Assembly (NCBI GenBank): GCA_963849245.1
Contig: CAWKIY010000056.1
Location: forward strand, 1 to 59,756
Direction of reading: 5' to 3'
DNA from: a candidate division FCPU426 bacterium
Lineage (GTDB): Bacteria; Oederibacteriota; Muellerivitia; Muellerivitales; Muellerivitaceae
Length of the DNA stretch: 59,756 nt
Shown: piece after piece, positions 9,186-17,804 of the stretch
Position numbering within the stretch: position 1 is the stretch's first letter
Layout of the letters: each line of letters begins with the position of its first letter
Position numbers and translations under genes: made by a program
Notes under the pieces: model-generated
The model's input: only the letters and a program-made list of their open reading frames with translations
The model's database searches: none
Told to the model about the DNA's origin: nothing

Positions 9186-10142
9186 TTATTTTCGTTTGCG
9201 GGGTTTGGGAAACCCGGGATGGTATTGCCAGGCAAGCCGGGCCGCGCCCACCGCGCCCATGTTGTCCCCTAATTTGGCCATTCGAAACTTGAGCCCTTTC
9301 AAATGAGAGGGAAAACAGCGGCTCTTGAGTTCTTTATGCATGGGTTTGAATAAAAGATCCCCCGCGCCCGAAACGCCTCCGCTGAAGATAATCATACTGG
9401 GATTAAGCAAATGAATAGCGGAAGTGAGTCCTACCCCCAGCATTTTGCCCGCGATCTCAAAAACCTTACGGGCTTTGCGACTGCCCTTTTGGGCCATTTC
9501 TTGAAAAGTCCGGGCTTCATAAGGCTGGCCCCGAAGGGGTTTCAACCGCATTTCCTTGGCTAAGCGGGCAATACCTAAAGTGGAAGCGTACTGTTCTAAA
9601 ATACCTCTGTTTCCATAAACCGTTTTGGGTCCATAGGGATCCACCACCACGTGACCGATATGATTACTGACACCCCAAGCGCCTTGGTAAATGCGGCCAT
9701 TTAAGATCAATCCACCCCCGACACCCGTACCCAGTGTCACACATAAAACCGCCGTTTCGCCCTTCCCCGCACCGACCCAGCTTTCTCCCAGCGCCGCGGC
9801 ATTGGCGTCATTCTCGAGAAATACCTTTTTATGAAGTTGTTTTTGAAGAAAAGCCACGATCTTAACGTTGCGCCAATTGAGATTGGGGGTATAAATCACC
9901 ACTCCGCGTTCCCGGTCAAGCGGCCCGGGGGAGCCCAAACCGACGGCTAGGTGGGAAGTCCAAGGAAAACCGCTATTATGGCTGGCCGCCTGGGCGCTGT
10001 CGGCGATGCGGAACATCACTGCCTCCGGGCCCAAGTGAGCCAAAGTAGGCCTTTTATCCTTGCCTAACACCTTGCCTTTAGGGTCAACCACCGCGGAAAC
10101 AATATTTGTCCCACCCAAATCAATACCGATAACGGTTTGCAC
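9186..10142 (-). CDS. ROK-family sugar kinase (probable glucokinase)
   Basis: N-terminal GIDLGGTN ATPase motif and ROK-like core (ENDANAAALGE, LGTGVGGG). The usual CxCGxxGC zinc motif is absent (reads KTVYGNRGILE). GGAGGG lies 6 nt before the GTG start. Confidence 0.75.
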   Translation of the reverse strand: MQTVIGIDLGGTNIVSAVVDPKGKVLGKDKRPTLAHLGPEAVMFRIADSAQAASHNSGFPWTSHLAVGLGSPGPLDRERGVVIYTPNLNWRNVKIVAFLQKQLHKKVFLENDANAAALGESWVGAGKGETAVLCVTLGTGVGGGLILNGRIYQGAWGVSNHIGHVVVDPYGPKTVYGNRGILEQYASTLGIARLAKEMRLKPLRGQPYEARTFQEMAQKGSRKARKVFEIAGKMLGVGLTSAIHLLNPSMIIFSGGVSGAGDLLFKPMHKELKSRCFPSHLKGLKFRMAKLGDNMGAVGAARLAWQYHPGFPKPRKRK

Positions 10143-10231
10143 GCTGAACCCTCCGCCAGAAGTTAAACTATTGTAACGATTGAAGGGAGACTTTTAAACC
10201 GCAACTTGCTTAAAGGAAAGGATCTCGGAGT

Positions 10232-11833
10232 TTATTTTTCAGGAGTCAAAAAGGTCTCATAATCCATCTGGGGGAACAAATTATCTTTTTCTTCCAGGTC
10301 GGATAAAAGCTTTTCATCCACCCGACCCCGCCGAACTTGCTCGGTCAATTGGTAGAAGCGGGCCAGATGGATTTTGAAGCGTTTTTCCGCGTAAGAACGG
10401 TAATGACCCGCTTTCATCATGAAGGCCCAATCGCTGGCCTGGCACAAAAGAAGCTCGCGCGCGGCTTGGGTTAAAGCCCGCTTTACCGTGCCCCGGATGA
10501 GCCCGGAGGCCTCCACCAAAGCCGACAGTTCATCGCAGGCGTTATTGAGATAAGGATAAATCCAATCATTGGTTTCATTGAGCCAGAACTCCGAATAACC
10601 GCCTAAACCCCAGGAAGAAAAAACAGGCTGGGTCGGCTGAAGACGGGGATTTTCCCGCAGGTATTCCAAGGGTGTCAAAAACCGCAGAGACTCCGATGTC
10701 TGATGGTTCTTCTCAAAAAGAAAATATAAAAAATCAGGCCCCTCGTACCACCAATGGCCAAACAATTCGGCGTCATACATACAGGTAATGAGCGGAGGAT
10801 GCTCCATCAAAAGAGCCGTCTCCCGCGCCTGTTTCAGCCGGCGCGAAAGAAAGTCGCCGGCGTGTTCCCGGGCTTTTTTCAGGGCCGCTTCAGGCTCATA
10901 GACCCGCTTATCTTCCGTGGCGCCCGTAACACGGTAATATTTGAGACCCGTAAACCGGCGAAGCCCCTCAGGCTGAAGATAGGGATGTAGTTCGCTGTCC
11001 GAGAGATCGTAGCCCGCGTCCCGGTAAAACTCCCGGTAAACGGGATCTCCAGGATAGCCTTCCTGGGAACTCCATACCTGCTTGGAGCTTTCCTTATCCC
11101 GGGCGAACACCGCCACACCAGAAAGACAGACTGCGGGAGCGAAAGTACCGTACTTGGGCCGGGGCGCGGCCTGAAGCAGTCCATGGCTTTCCAGGAAGAA
11201 ATACTGGATGCCGTATTCTTTTAACAGGTAATCCTGGCCGGGCTGATATCCGCATTCCGGCAGCCAAAAACCCCCTGGCTTTTGGCCAAAAAAAGACTCG
11301 TGAAGCTGAAGCGCGGTTTGCACCTGCGCTCGAAGCGCGGCTTCCCGGATTCCCAACAAGGGGAAAAAACCATGAGTTGCCCCGCAGGTGATCAGTTCCA
11401 ACCGGCCCAAATCTTGGAATTTTTTAAACCCTCCCGCCACGTTATGGCCGTACTGATTCACAAAGTTTTCCCGGTAACGGCTCAGTTTCTCAAGGTACAT
11501 GCGGACCACGGGTAGAAATTCGGCGGAGGATTGAAGCCGTTTTTCTTCCTTTCGAGCCAGGGCGAGAAGCTGATCCACATAGCGTAAGGCCCTCTTTTGT
11601 AAAAGCGGGTCCAAACACATGGAAAGAAGGGTGGGAGAAACCGAAAGAGTCATCCGAAAAGGAATTTTGTTTTTTTCTAATTTCTCAAAGACCTCCAGCA
11701 AAGGCAGATACGTTTCAAAGAGGGCTTCGTAATACCAATTCTCTTCCAGAAAATAATCATGCTCGGGATGACGTACAAAGGGTAAATGGCAATGAAGCAC
11801 CAGCGAGAGAGAACCGACGGAAGGGGTCAACAA
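10232..11833 (-). CDS. GH57-family 1,4-alpha-glucan branching enzyme
   Basis: LVLHCHLPFVRHPE N-terminus, WLPECGY nucleophile region and MYDAELFGHWWYEG acid/base region are typical of GH57 branching enzymes. Confidence 0.85.
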   Translation of the reverse strand: MLTPSVGSLSLVLHCHLPFVRHPEHDYFLEENWYYEALFETYLPLLEVFEKLEKNKIPFRMTLSVSPTLLSMCLDPLLQKRALRYVDQLLALARKEEKRLQSSAEFLPVVRMYLEKLSRYRENFVNQYGHNVAGGFKKFQDLGRLELITCGATHGFFPLLGIREAALRAQVQTALQLHESFFGQKPGGFWLPECGYQPGQDYLLKEYGIQYFFLESHGLLQAAPRPKYGTFAPAVCLSGVAVFARDKESSKQVWSSQEGYPGDPVYREFYRDAGYDLSDSELHPYLQPEGLRRFTGLKYYRVTGATEDKRVYEPEAALKKAREHAGDFLSRRLKQARETALLMEHPPLITCMYDAELFGHWWYEGPDFLYFLFEKNHQTSESLRFLTPLEYLRENPRLQPTQPVFSSWGLGGYSEFWLNETNDWIYPYLNNACDELSALVEASGLIRGTVKRALTQAARELLLCQASDWAFMMKAGHYRSYAEKRFKIHLARFYQLTEQVRRGRVDEKLLSDLEEKDNLFPQMDYETFLTPEK

Positions 11834-11853
11834 GGGCCTATCCTTAAGGAAAT

Positions 11854-12615
11854 TTAAAAGGGGGAGGCGGAGTAAAAACCCCGTTTTCGTTTTTGGCTTT
11901 CAGCGGAGGAGTTCCCTCCCGGGATAAACGAAACGTCCGAAGCGTAGCCCTGTTCATGAAAATAGTTGAGCAGCGCCGGGGCTGGCTGCCATTCGGGATC
12001 CATTGAGGAAGACCAAAAAGAGGCGGAGGCCTCCGGAGTCCCAATGGGATTGGACCGGGCATAAACCCAATAGCGCCCCTCAGGAGTCCTCTGCGCGATC
12101 TCGAGGAAATAACTGCCGCCCGGCTCATCCAACTCGACATAGCGGTTCATTTCACCAGGCGCCACCGTGATTTCATAAACAAAATGGTGTTCGCCGTTCT
12201 TCCCAATCTTAAAAACCCTTAAAACCATAAAGCTATGCTTAAACTCTTCTTTCAATTCCTTTTTCACTTCCTGGATTTTTTCCGGAGTCACTTCCCAATA
12301 GGTAAAAATACAGTGGGGATCCCGGACGAAAGCCACCAGTTGGGTTTCCCCATACCGGGGAAACTGATATTTAACGTTGGGAACGGCGGAGGCTGCGGAG
12401 GAAGCTTTTTTAGATTTTAACCGGCTGACCGGTTTCGAGACCTTGGGCAACGCGGTGATCAATTTGAGGGTTTTCTCTTTTTTAACCGAAGATTTAGTAC
12501 GGCTTGAACTTTTGGACTTTTTAACCGCGGTCGTTTTTTTAGGGGATGGACTCGTTGATTGTTTCTTGGGCCTCGGACTGGAGCTAGCGGAAGTTTCTTT
12601 TTTCTTTCGGGGCAT
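11854..12615 (-). CDS. DUF4912-domain protein with Lys/Ser-rich N-terminus
   Basis: RDPHCIFTYWEVTPEKIQEVKKEL block. This domain commonly sits directly upstream of GH57 branching enzymes, as it does here. Confidence 0.65.
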   Translation of the reverse strand: MPRKKKETSASSSPRPKKQSTSPSPKKTTAVKKSKSSSRTKSSVKKEKTLKLITALPKVSKPVSRLKSKKASSAASAVPNVKYQFPRYGETQLVAFVRDPHCIFTYWEVTPEKIQEVKKELKEEFKHSFMVLRVFKIGKNGEHHFVYEITVAPGEMNRYVELDEPGGSYFLEIAQRTPEGRYWVYARSNPIGTPEASASFWSSSMDPEWQPAPALLNYFHEQGYASDVSFIPGGNSSAESQKRKRGFYSASPF

Positions 12616-12710
12616 AGATTCCCTCGATCAAGAAGCGGATACCATCTTTGTTTATCTTCTGTTTTTTGGCTATAAATGGCAAGAGTATCTTCGTTTAAAT
12701 CGCTTTTCGG

Positions 12711-12724
12711 GAGAACGTTTTAAG
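12711..12724 (-). promoter_or_regulatory. Candidate LacI-family operator upstream of the DUF4912-GH57-ROK operon
   Basis: The minus strand reads TTAAAACGTTCTC, matching 11 of 14 positions of the TGAAAACGTTTTCA-type LacI/CcpA half-palindrome. It lies about 100 nt upstream of the DUF4912 start and just downstream of the LacI gene. Confidence 0.3.
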
Positions 12725-12800
12725 CGCCCATGGTCGGCACCATGCCAACAAAAACGGAACCCTTTAATGTCCCGTCTTTTAACCGGTTCAGAAGTTGAGA

Positions 12801-13832
12801 CTAAATTGCAGCCGTGGAATTGCGCAGGACTAGTTCCAGGGAAACTTCCTGTCGCTGGGCTGGACTTTCCTTGTTTTCAACCAGTTCCAGCATCCGCAAA
12901 ACCGCTAATTTACCCAGTTGTTCCTTCGGCACATTCACCGTCGTTAAGGCCGGATCGGTATAATGAGTTAGGGCCACGTTATCAAAACCCACCACGCTCA
13001 AATCCTGGGGAACCTGGCGGCCCATCTCCCTGGCAGCCTTCAAGGCTCCTGCGGCCATCTCGTCGTTGGCGCAGAAAAGCGCCGTGATTTTTTTATGTTT
13101 TTTCAATATTTCTTTGGTTTTTTCATAACCGCTATTCAAGTTCAGTTCCGAGCACTCAAACCGGTAATCCGGGTTAAAGGTCAGCGAATGTTTTGAGTAG
13201 GCTTCCTTCCAGCCTTCAGCCCGATCCTCCAAACTAGGCCGTTCCTTAGCAATTGTCAAATGGCCGATATGCTTGTGTCCCAGTTGCATTAAATGTTCCG
13301 CCGCCAGAAGTCCGCCCTGACGATTATTGATTTGAACCGTATCAATCCCTGGAAGTTCCGGGTAGTTATCAATGGCGACCACGGATATCCGGCGGTTTTT
13401 GATTTCCTGCGCCATCGTGGGATCATTGCGACCGATTAAAATAACGCCGTCAACATTTTTTTCCCGGATAATTTTGGGAAAACTTTGGTAACCCTCATGC
13501 TGGGCCGCCAAATAGGAAAAATAGAGATTGAAACCCTTTTCAATCGTTTCTTTAACAATTCCTTCAATGACAAAGGAATAAAATTGGTTGGAAATGATTT
13601 TATCTTCGGGATAAAAAACGACTCCCAAATTCCGGGTTCGTCTTCCCGCCAGCCCCGCCGCCATGGCGCTGGGGTGATAATCCAAATCTTGGGCTACTTT
13701 TTGAACCCTTTTCTTAACTTCCGCGCTGATCACCACATCCGCGCGATTATTCATAACAAAAGAAACCGTAGTGATTGAAACGCCGGCTTGCTTGGCCACA
13801 TCTTTGATGGTGGGATAAGACTTGATTTTCAT
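12801..13832 (-). CDS. LacI-family transcriptional regulator
   Basis: N-terminal HTH IKDVAKQAGVSITTVSFVMNN plus a periplasmic-binding-protein-like core. GGAG lies 6 nt before the ATG at 13832; the listed TTG at 13844 is less likely. Confidence 0.85.
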   Translation of the reverse strand: MKIKSYPTIKDVAKQAGVSITTVSFVMNNRADVVISAEVKKRVQKVAQDLDYHPSAMAAGLAGRRTRNLGVVFYPEDKIISNQFYSFVIEGIVKETIEKGFNLYFSYLAAQHEGYQSFPKIIREKNVDGVILIGRNDPTMAQEIKNRRISVVAIDNYPELPGIDTVQINNRQGGLLAAEHLMQLGHKHIGHLTIAKERPSLEDRAEGWKEAYSKHSLTFNPDYRFECSELNLNSGYEKTKEILKKHKKITALFCANDEMAAGALKAAREMGRQVPQDLSVVGFDNVALTHYTDPALTTVNVPKEQLGKLAVLRMLELVENKESPAQRQEVSLELVLRNSTAAI

Positions 13833-14156
13833 CGTTGACTCCAATCAACGCCGCACTAAAAACATTTTTAGTGCTAGCTTTTAATGTGCCCGCCATGGTG
13901 CAAACCCTTTGGTTCAGCAAAAGGCGTGAAGAAATCTGGCGCGGCCCAACGAAATTTATTCTACTAAAAACAAACCTCGACCTCAAAAGCTCCGGCTCAG
14001 TTCTGTGGAAATCGTTTTAACCGCTACAAAAGCCTTTAAATGGTACCTTTTTGGCTTGAGAGCCTCGTACCACTCTATGAGCTACTTAATAGTAAAATAT
14101 TTCATTCTGCGAAACAGCTAGGGAAAGGACGCAGATGTTTAACCGGTAAAGCGGCA

Positions 14157-14190
14157 TAAAAAAAGCCCCTTCCGAAAACGGAAGGGGCTT
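14157..14190 (-). terminator. Rho-independent terminator after the SPFH gene
   Basis: 11-bp stem agccccttccg / cggaaggggct with a 4-nt loop. A U run follows on the minus strand. Confidence 0.7.
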
Positions 14191-14206
14191 GGATCTTTTT
14201 GACCTT

Positions 14207-15070
14207 TTACTTTTTGGCTTTTAGGTTATCCGCTAACCCATGAACCACATCCATTAAATCGATGGGAACCGCGATCACGACCGTGTTGGAAGCCGTGGGG
14301 CCCAATCCGTCGATAGTCTGTAGTGTTCTCAACTGCATCGCCCCGGGGCTGGTCGCCATGGTGGTGGCCGCCGCGGCCAAATTAAACGCCGCTTCCTTAT
14401 CGCCTTCCGCCTTGGTAATCGTGGCGCGTTTCTCTCTTTCCGCCGAGGCCTGGCGGGACATCATCTTCTTCAGTTCCTCCGGCATATCCACATCCTGGAT
14501 ATTAATGCCCGTAACTTCAAGACCCCACCCCTGGGTGTCCTTTTCCACCGCTGTTTCAATCATCTTGGCGATCTGCTCGCGCTCGCTCAAAAGTTGGTCC
14601 AGGGTCATCTGGCCGATGACGTCTCTCAACGCCGTTTGGGCGTACTGGGCGATGGCGTATTTATAGTCTTGAACTTTAATGATGGCGTCAGCGACTTGAT
14701 CTACCTTAAAGAAAATGACACCGTTGATTTTGACCGGCACGTTGTCTTTGGTAATCATCTGCTGGGCCGGAATATCCATGGCCCGGATACGGGTATCAAT
14801 CAATTTCACCTGATCGACCAGGGGGACGATAAAGAAAAGGCCCGGCCCCTTGATCGAGCTAAACCGTCCCAACCGGAATACCACACCTCTTTCCCATTGA
14901 GCGGCCAATTGAATGCCGTTGGAAAGGGCGATATCCCCTACCAGCCAAAGAATACCTACCAGCACTCCCAAAGCTGGACTCGCCGTACCCAGGGAAAAGG
15001 CCACAACCCCGCCGATCACCAGAAGAATGACAAAAACCAAACCCGATATATAGTTAATCACGATTCCCAC
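14207..15070 (-). CDS. SPFH/band-7 (stomatin/slipin-like) membrane protein
   Basis: N-terminal TM hairpin followed by an SPFH core (ERGVVFRLGR, DTRIRAMDIPAQQMITKDNV, ALRDVIG) and a coiled-coil tail. Confidence 0.85.
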   Translation of the reverse strand: MGIVINYISGLVFVILLVIGGVVAFSLGTASPALGVLVGILWLVGDIALSNGIQLAAQWERGVVFRLGRFSSIKGPGLFFIVPLVDQVKLIDTRIRAMDIPAQQMITKDNVPVKINGVIFFKVDQVADAIIKVQDYKYAIAQYAQTALRDVIGQMTLDQLLSEREQIAKMIETAVEKDTQGWGLEVTGINIQDVDMPEELKKMMSRQASAEREKRATITKAEGDKEAAFNLAAAATTMATSPGAMQLRTLQTIDGLGPTASNTVVIAVPIDLMDVVHGLADNLKAKK

Positions 15071-15097
15071 CTCGCAAAATGAATTGAAACCAAAAAA

Positions 15098-15697
15098 TCA
15101 ACGGCTCGCGTCTTTTTCAAAACCAATAATCCTCTTTTCCGAATCCCCTTCCACAATCAACCGGCTCACTTGCTTGAATTCCGGCGTACCCGCCTTCTCG
15201 GTCCACTCAAATAGGGCTGCCTCGCTGGTGGTCAGCACCACCCCCGACTTCTCCATCCGCCGCAGGCCCAGCTCCAAATCCATCGCGTGCCGGCTCCCCG
15301 CCGCGTCCGCCGCCAGATAAACCTGAAACCCCGCCGCGATCAAGTCCAGCGCCGTTTGAAGCACGCACACATGAGCTTCCACACCCGCCAATAATATCTT
15401 TTGAATGTTTCGGGATTGGAAAAAACCGGTGACTTCGGGCAAAACGCCGCAGCTAAAAGAGACCTTCTCCAGCTTAACGGGAAGAAGGTCGGCTAATTCC
15501 GGCACCGTAGGCCCCAAACCCTTGGGATACTGCTCGGTGGCGTAAACCGGTACATTCAATAAACCGGCTCCTTGAATCAGTTTGGAGATTTGGGAAATTA
15601 CCGCGTCCCCGCCGGGAATCTTGTCCATCAGCTTGGCCTGAACATCAATGACCAGCAAACCGCTATCGGTTCGGCTCATTAATTGGGAACTGCGCAT
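15098..15697 (-). CDS. Isochorismatase-family cysteine hydrolase
   Basis: LLVIDVQ Asp motif and GVEAHVCVLQTALDL catalytic Cys motif. Confidence 0.8.
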   Translation of the reverse strand: MRSSQLMSRTDSGLLVIDVQAKLMDKIPGGDAVISQISKLIQGAGLLNVPVYATEQYPKGLGPTVPELADLLPVKLEKVSFSCGVLPEVTGFFQSRNIQKILLAGVEAHVCVLQTALDLIAAGFQVYLAADAAGSRHAMDLELGLRRMEKSGVVLTTSEAALFEWTEKAGTPEFKQVSRLIVEGDSEKRIIGFEKDASR

Positions 15698-15741
15698 GAA
15701 AACCCCCAGGAACTTTAAAGCGTTGTCATTTTAACACGGCC

Positions 15742-17169
15742 CTATTCGGCAGGCGCAAGACCCAGCTGATGCCGGGCTTCCCGAATTTTAGGATGGGCAT
15801 CCGTTAAAAAAGCCTGTAATTGCTGGATATGCCCCAGCCGCTCCGCGGGAGAAAGGGGTTCTTCCGGAAGACAATGGGATTTCAATTCTTCCAAGAGCTC
15901 AGTGTGTCCCTTCTGCGCCAATTGTTTGGCGTAATCTCCCAGTTCGCTCCAGGCGCTTTGCGCCGCACGGGTTAAGTTCAGGTCAATTTTCTCCAGCGCT
16001 TCCGCCGGAATCTCCGGACAATCGGTTCCAAAACTTCTTCCGACCTGTTCCATTAAGGGCGTCCGATTTCCCACCAGGTCCGAACCCAAAACCCAAATGA
16101 TGATTCCCGCCAGGCCGTGGCTTTTCACGTAGTCGCATTTCAGCTCAACCGATCGGGGATTGTCGTAAGTCACCAGGCCCGTTCCAGAGGCACTCTGAAG
16201 ATAAGGCGCCTGAGCGCTCTTATCCCATTGTTCGTGGAACAAACCCGCCCGCTCCAAATAAACCGTGTCGGTGTAGCGCAGCCCGGATATCTTGGGCCAT
16301 CCCGCCGGCACGGGATCGTTCCAGGCGGCCACGGGAAAAAGTTTGCCGTAAAAAGGAATACCTAAAAGAGCCTGCCCCGGCTTGAGGCCGTATTTCTTTT
16401 CCAGCCGGCGCACCACCTCATCGGTGGAGATACCGTCTTCCGCCTTGCTCCCCGGCACCGAATAAAGATTGGCGTGATGATAGGCATATTCACTCCAGGT
16501 CCCGGAAAAATCGTAGGTCATCAGGTTGATATAATCCACCGACTGGGAAATGACTTTCCATTCAATATGCCGGGCCCACTTGTCCCCTGACATCACCGCG
16601 GTCGTCAAAATCCAGCGGGGGAACCGGGCCCGCAAAGCTCTCATGAAAGAAGTGTAGGCGATCCTTTCGGCGTCGGTCTGGGCCCCTTCTTCCCAGTCGA
16701 TATCCACGCCGTCATAGCCGTGGTCTTCAATCAATTTTTCCAGTTCGTTAAAAAGCCTCTCCTTTCGGGAAGGTACTTTTGTGATTTCCATCCAAGTCGA
16801 AGCCTTCATGGAAGCCCCGCCGAGGGAAGCGATCAGCTTGACCCCGTGAGCCTTGGCCCTTTGGGTTAAGACCGGGTTGAAATAGTTTTCCGGCACGGGA
16901 ATATGACCGTCCTGATCGGGCCTTAAAAAAGACCGAGCGACATGGGTGAGGCTTTCATAAGGATAAGCTTCGGGGGGATAAAGACCGTCCATCCATTCAG
17001 CGGAATAGGCGAAAACGATCTTCCGGGACCCGGCCCAAGCCTGGTTTAAAAGCAGCGGAAGAAAAACCAGGGCCAATAAGGCGATAAAAAGTTTTAGCTG
17101 AAAAAAGGCCAATTTCTTCCTTCTCGGTCTATTTAAACCGCCTCTTGCGTCTAAACTGACGAGTATCAT
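15742..17169 (-). CDS. Secreted GH18 glycoside hydrolase (chitinase-like)
   Basis: YDGVDIDWE catalytic motif and a signal-like LFIALLALVFLPLLLNQAWA. The start is uncertain: ATG at 17169, or TTG at 17112 preceded by GGAAG. The listed 17235 start overlaps the divergent gene. Confidence 0.8.
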   Translation of the reverse strand: MILVSLDARGGLNRPRRKKLAFFQLKLFIALLALVFLPLLLNQAWAGSRKIVFAYSAEWMDGLYPPEAYPYESLTHVARSFLRPDQDGHIPVPENYFNPVLTQRAKAHGVKLIASLGGASMKASTWMEITKVPSRKERLFNELEKLIEDHGYDGVDIDWEEGAQTDAERIAYTSFMRALRARFPRWILTTAVMSGDKWARHIEWKVISQSVDYINLMTYDFSGTWSEYAYHHANLYSVPGSKAEDGISTDEVVRRLEKKYGLKPGQALLGIPFYGKLFPVAAWNDPVPAGWPKISGLRYTDTVYLERAGLFHEQWDKSAQAPYLQSASGTGLVTYDNPRSVELKCDYVKSHGLAGIIIWVLGSDLVGNRTPLMEQVGRSFGTDCPEIPAEALEKIDLNLTRAAQSAWSELGDYAKQLAQKGHTELLEELKSHCLPEEPLSPAERLGHIQQLQAFLTDAHPKIREARHQLGLAPAE

Positions 17170-17214
17170 ACGATGAAAGAGTTGCTCGACAAAGAATTTA
17201 AGGAAGCGGTTCCC

Positions 17215-17601
17215 ATGAAACAGTTCTCCCTTCAAACCAAATCTCTTTTATTTTCAATCGGCTTCGGCTTTTTAATCTGGACTCTTTCCGGATGCAGTTC
17301 GCCCAAATCAGCCCAAGGGGTATATGAAATAACCGGAGCCTCGGGCAGTATCGCGACGACGATCATCTACTCCCCCAGCGGGGCTGGAAGCAGTGTCACG
17401 GTGTCCAGCGCGAACCTGCCTTGGAGCGATAGTTTCATGGGGACCGAATCGGAAGGGAGCTACCAGGGATCGGCCGTCTATCTGAGCGCCTATGACCCTA
17501 ACTCGTCACCCATCACCTTCAACATTACAGAAGATGGCGCTTCCTACCAGCACAGCTACGCCACCAGCGGCACCAGCGTCACCCTGATCGGCAATTTCTA
17601 A
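17215..17601 (+). CDS. Small lipoprotein, unknown function
   Basis: AAGGAAG lies 8 nt before the ATG at 17215. Lipobox LSGC follows a hydrophobic signal. Ser/Thr/Gly-rich beta-type sequence. Confidence 0.55.
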   Translation: MKQFSLQTKSLLFSIGFGFLIWTLSGCSSPKSAQGVYEITGASGSIATTIIYSPSGAGSSVTVSSANLPWSDSFMGTESEGSYQGSAVYLSAYDPNSSPITFNITEDGASYQHSYATSGTSVTLIGNF

Positions 17602-17615
17602 AAACCGCATAAGTC

Positions 17616-17800
17616 TTTTGAACCACCAAGTACGCGAAGAGCACCAAGTACAGAAAAGAATGATTAAGTTAATCTTTCTTTGGCTTACTTTGTGTGCCCA
17701 CCCTCTTTAACAAAGATAAATAAAGAGGTCGGTACGACCCCGCATGATTATCTTTCAATCATGCCAAAGGGGTGCTCTTCGTGTACTTGGTGGTTCAAAA
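17616..17800. repeat. MITE/REP-like element with 26-30 bp terminal inverted repeats
   Basis: gaaccaccaagtacgcgaagagcacc (17620-17645) against ggtgctcttcgtgtacttggtggttc (17771-17796) is complementary at 25 of 26 positions. The repeat extends by tttt/aaaa. The 125-nt interior has further small hairpins. It sits between convergent gene ends. Confidence 0.5.
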
Positions 17801-17804
17801 ATTT

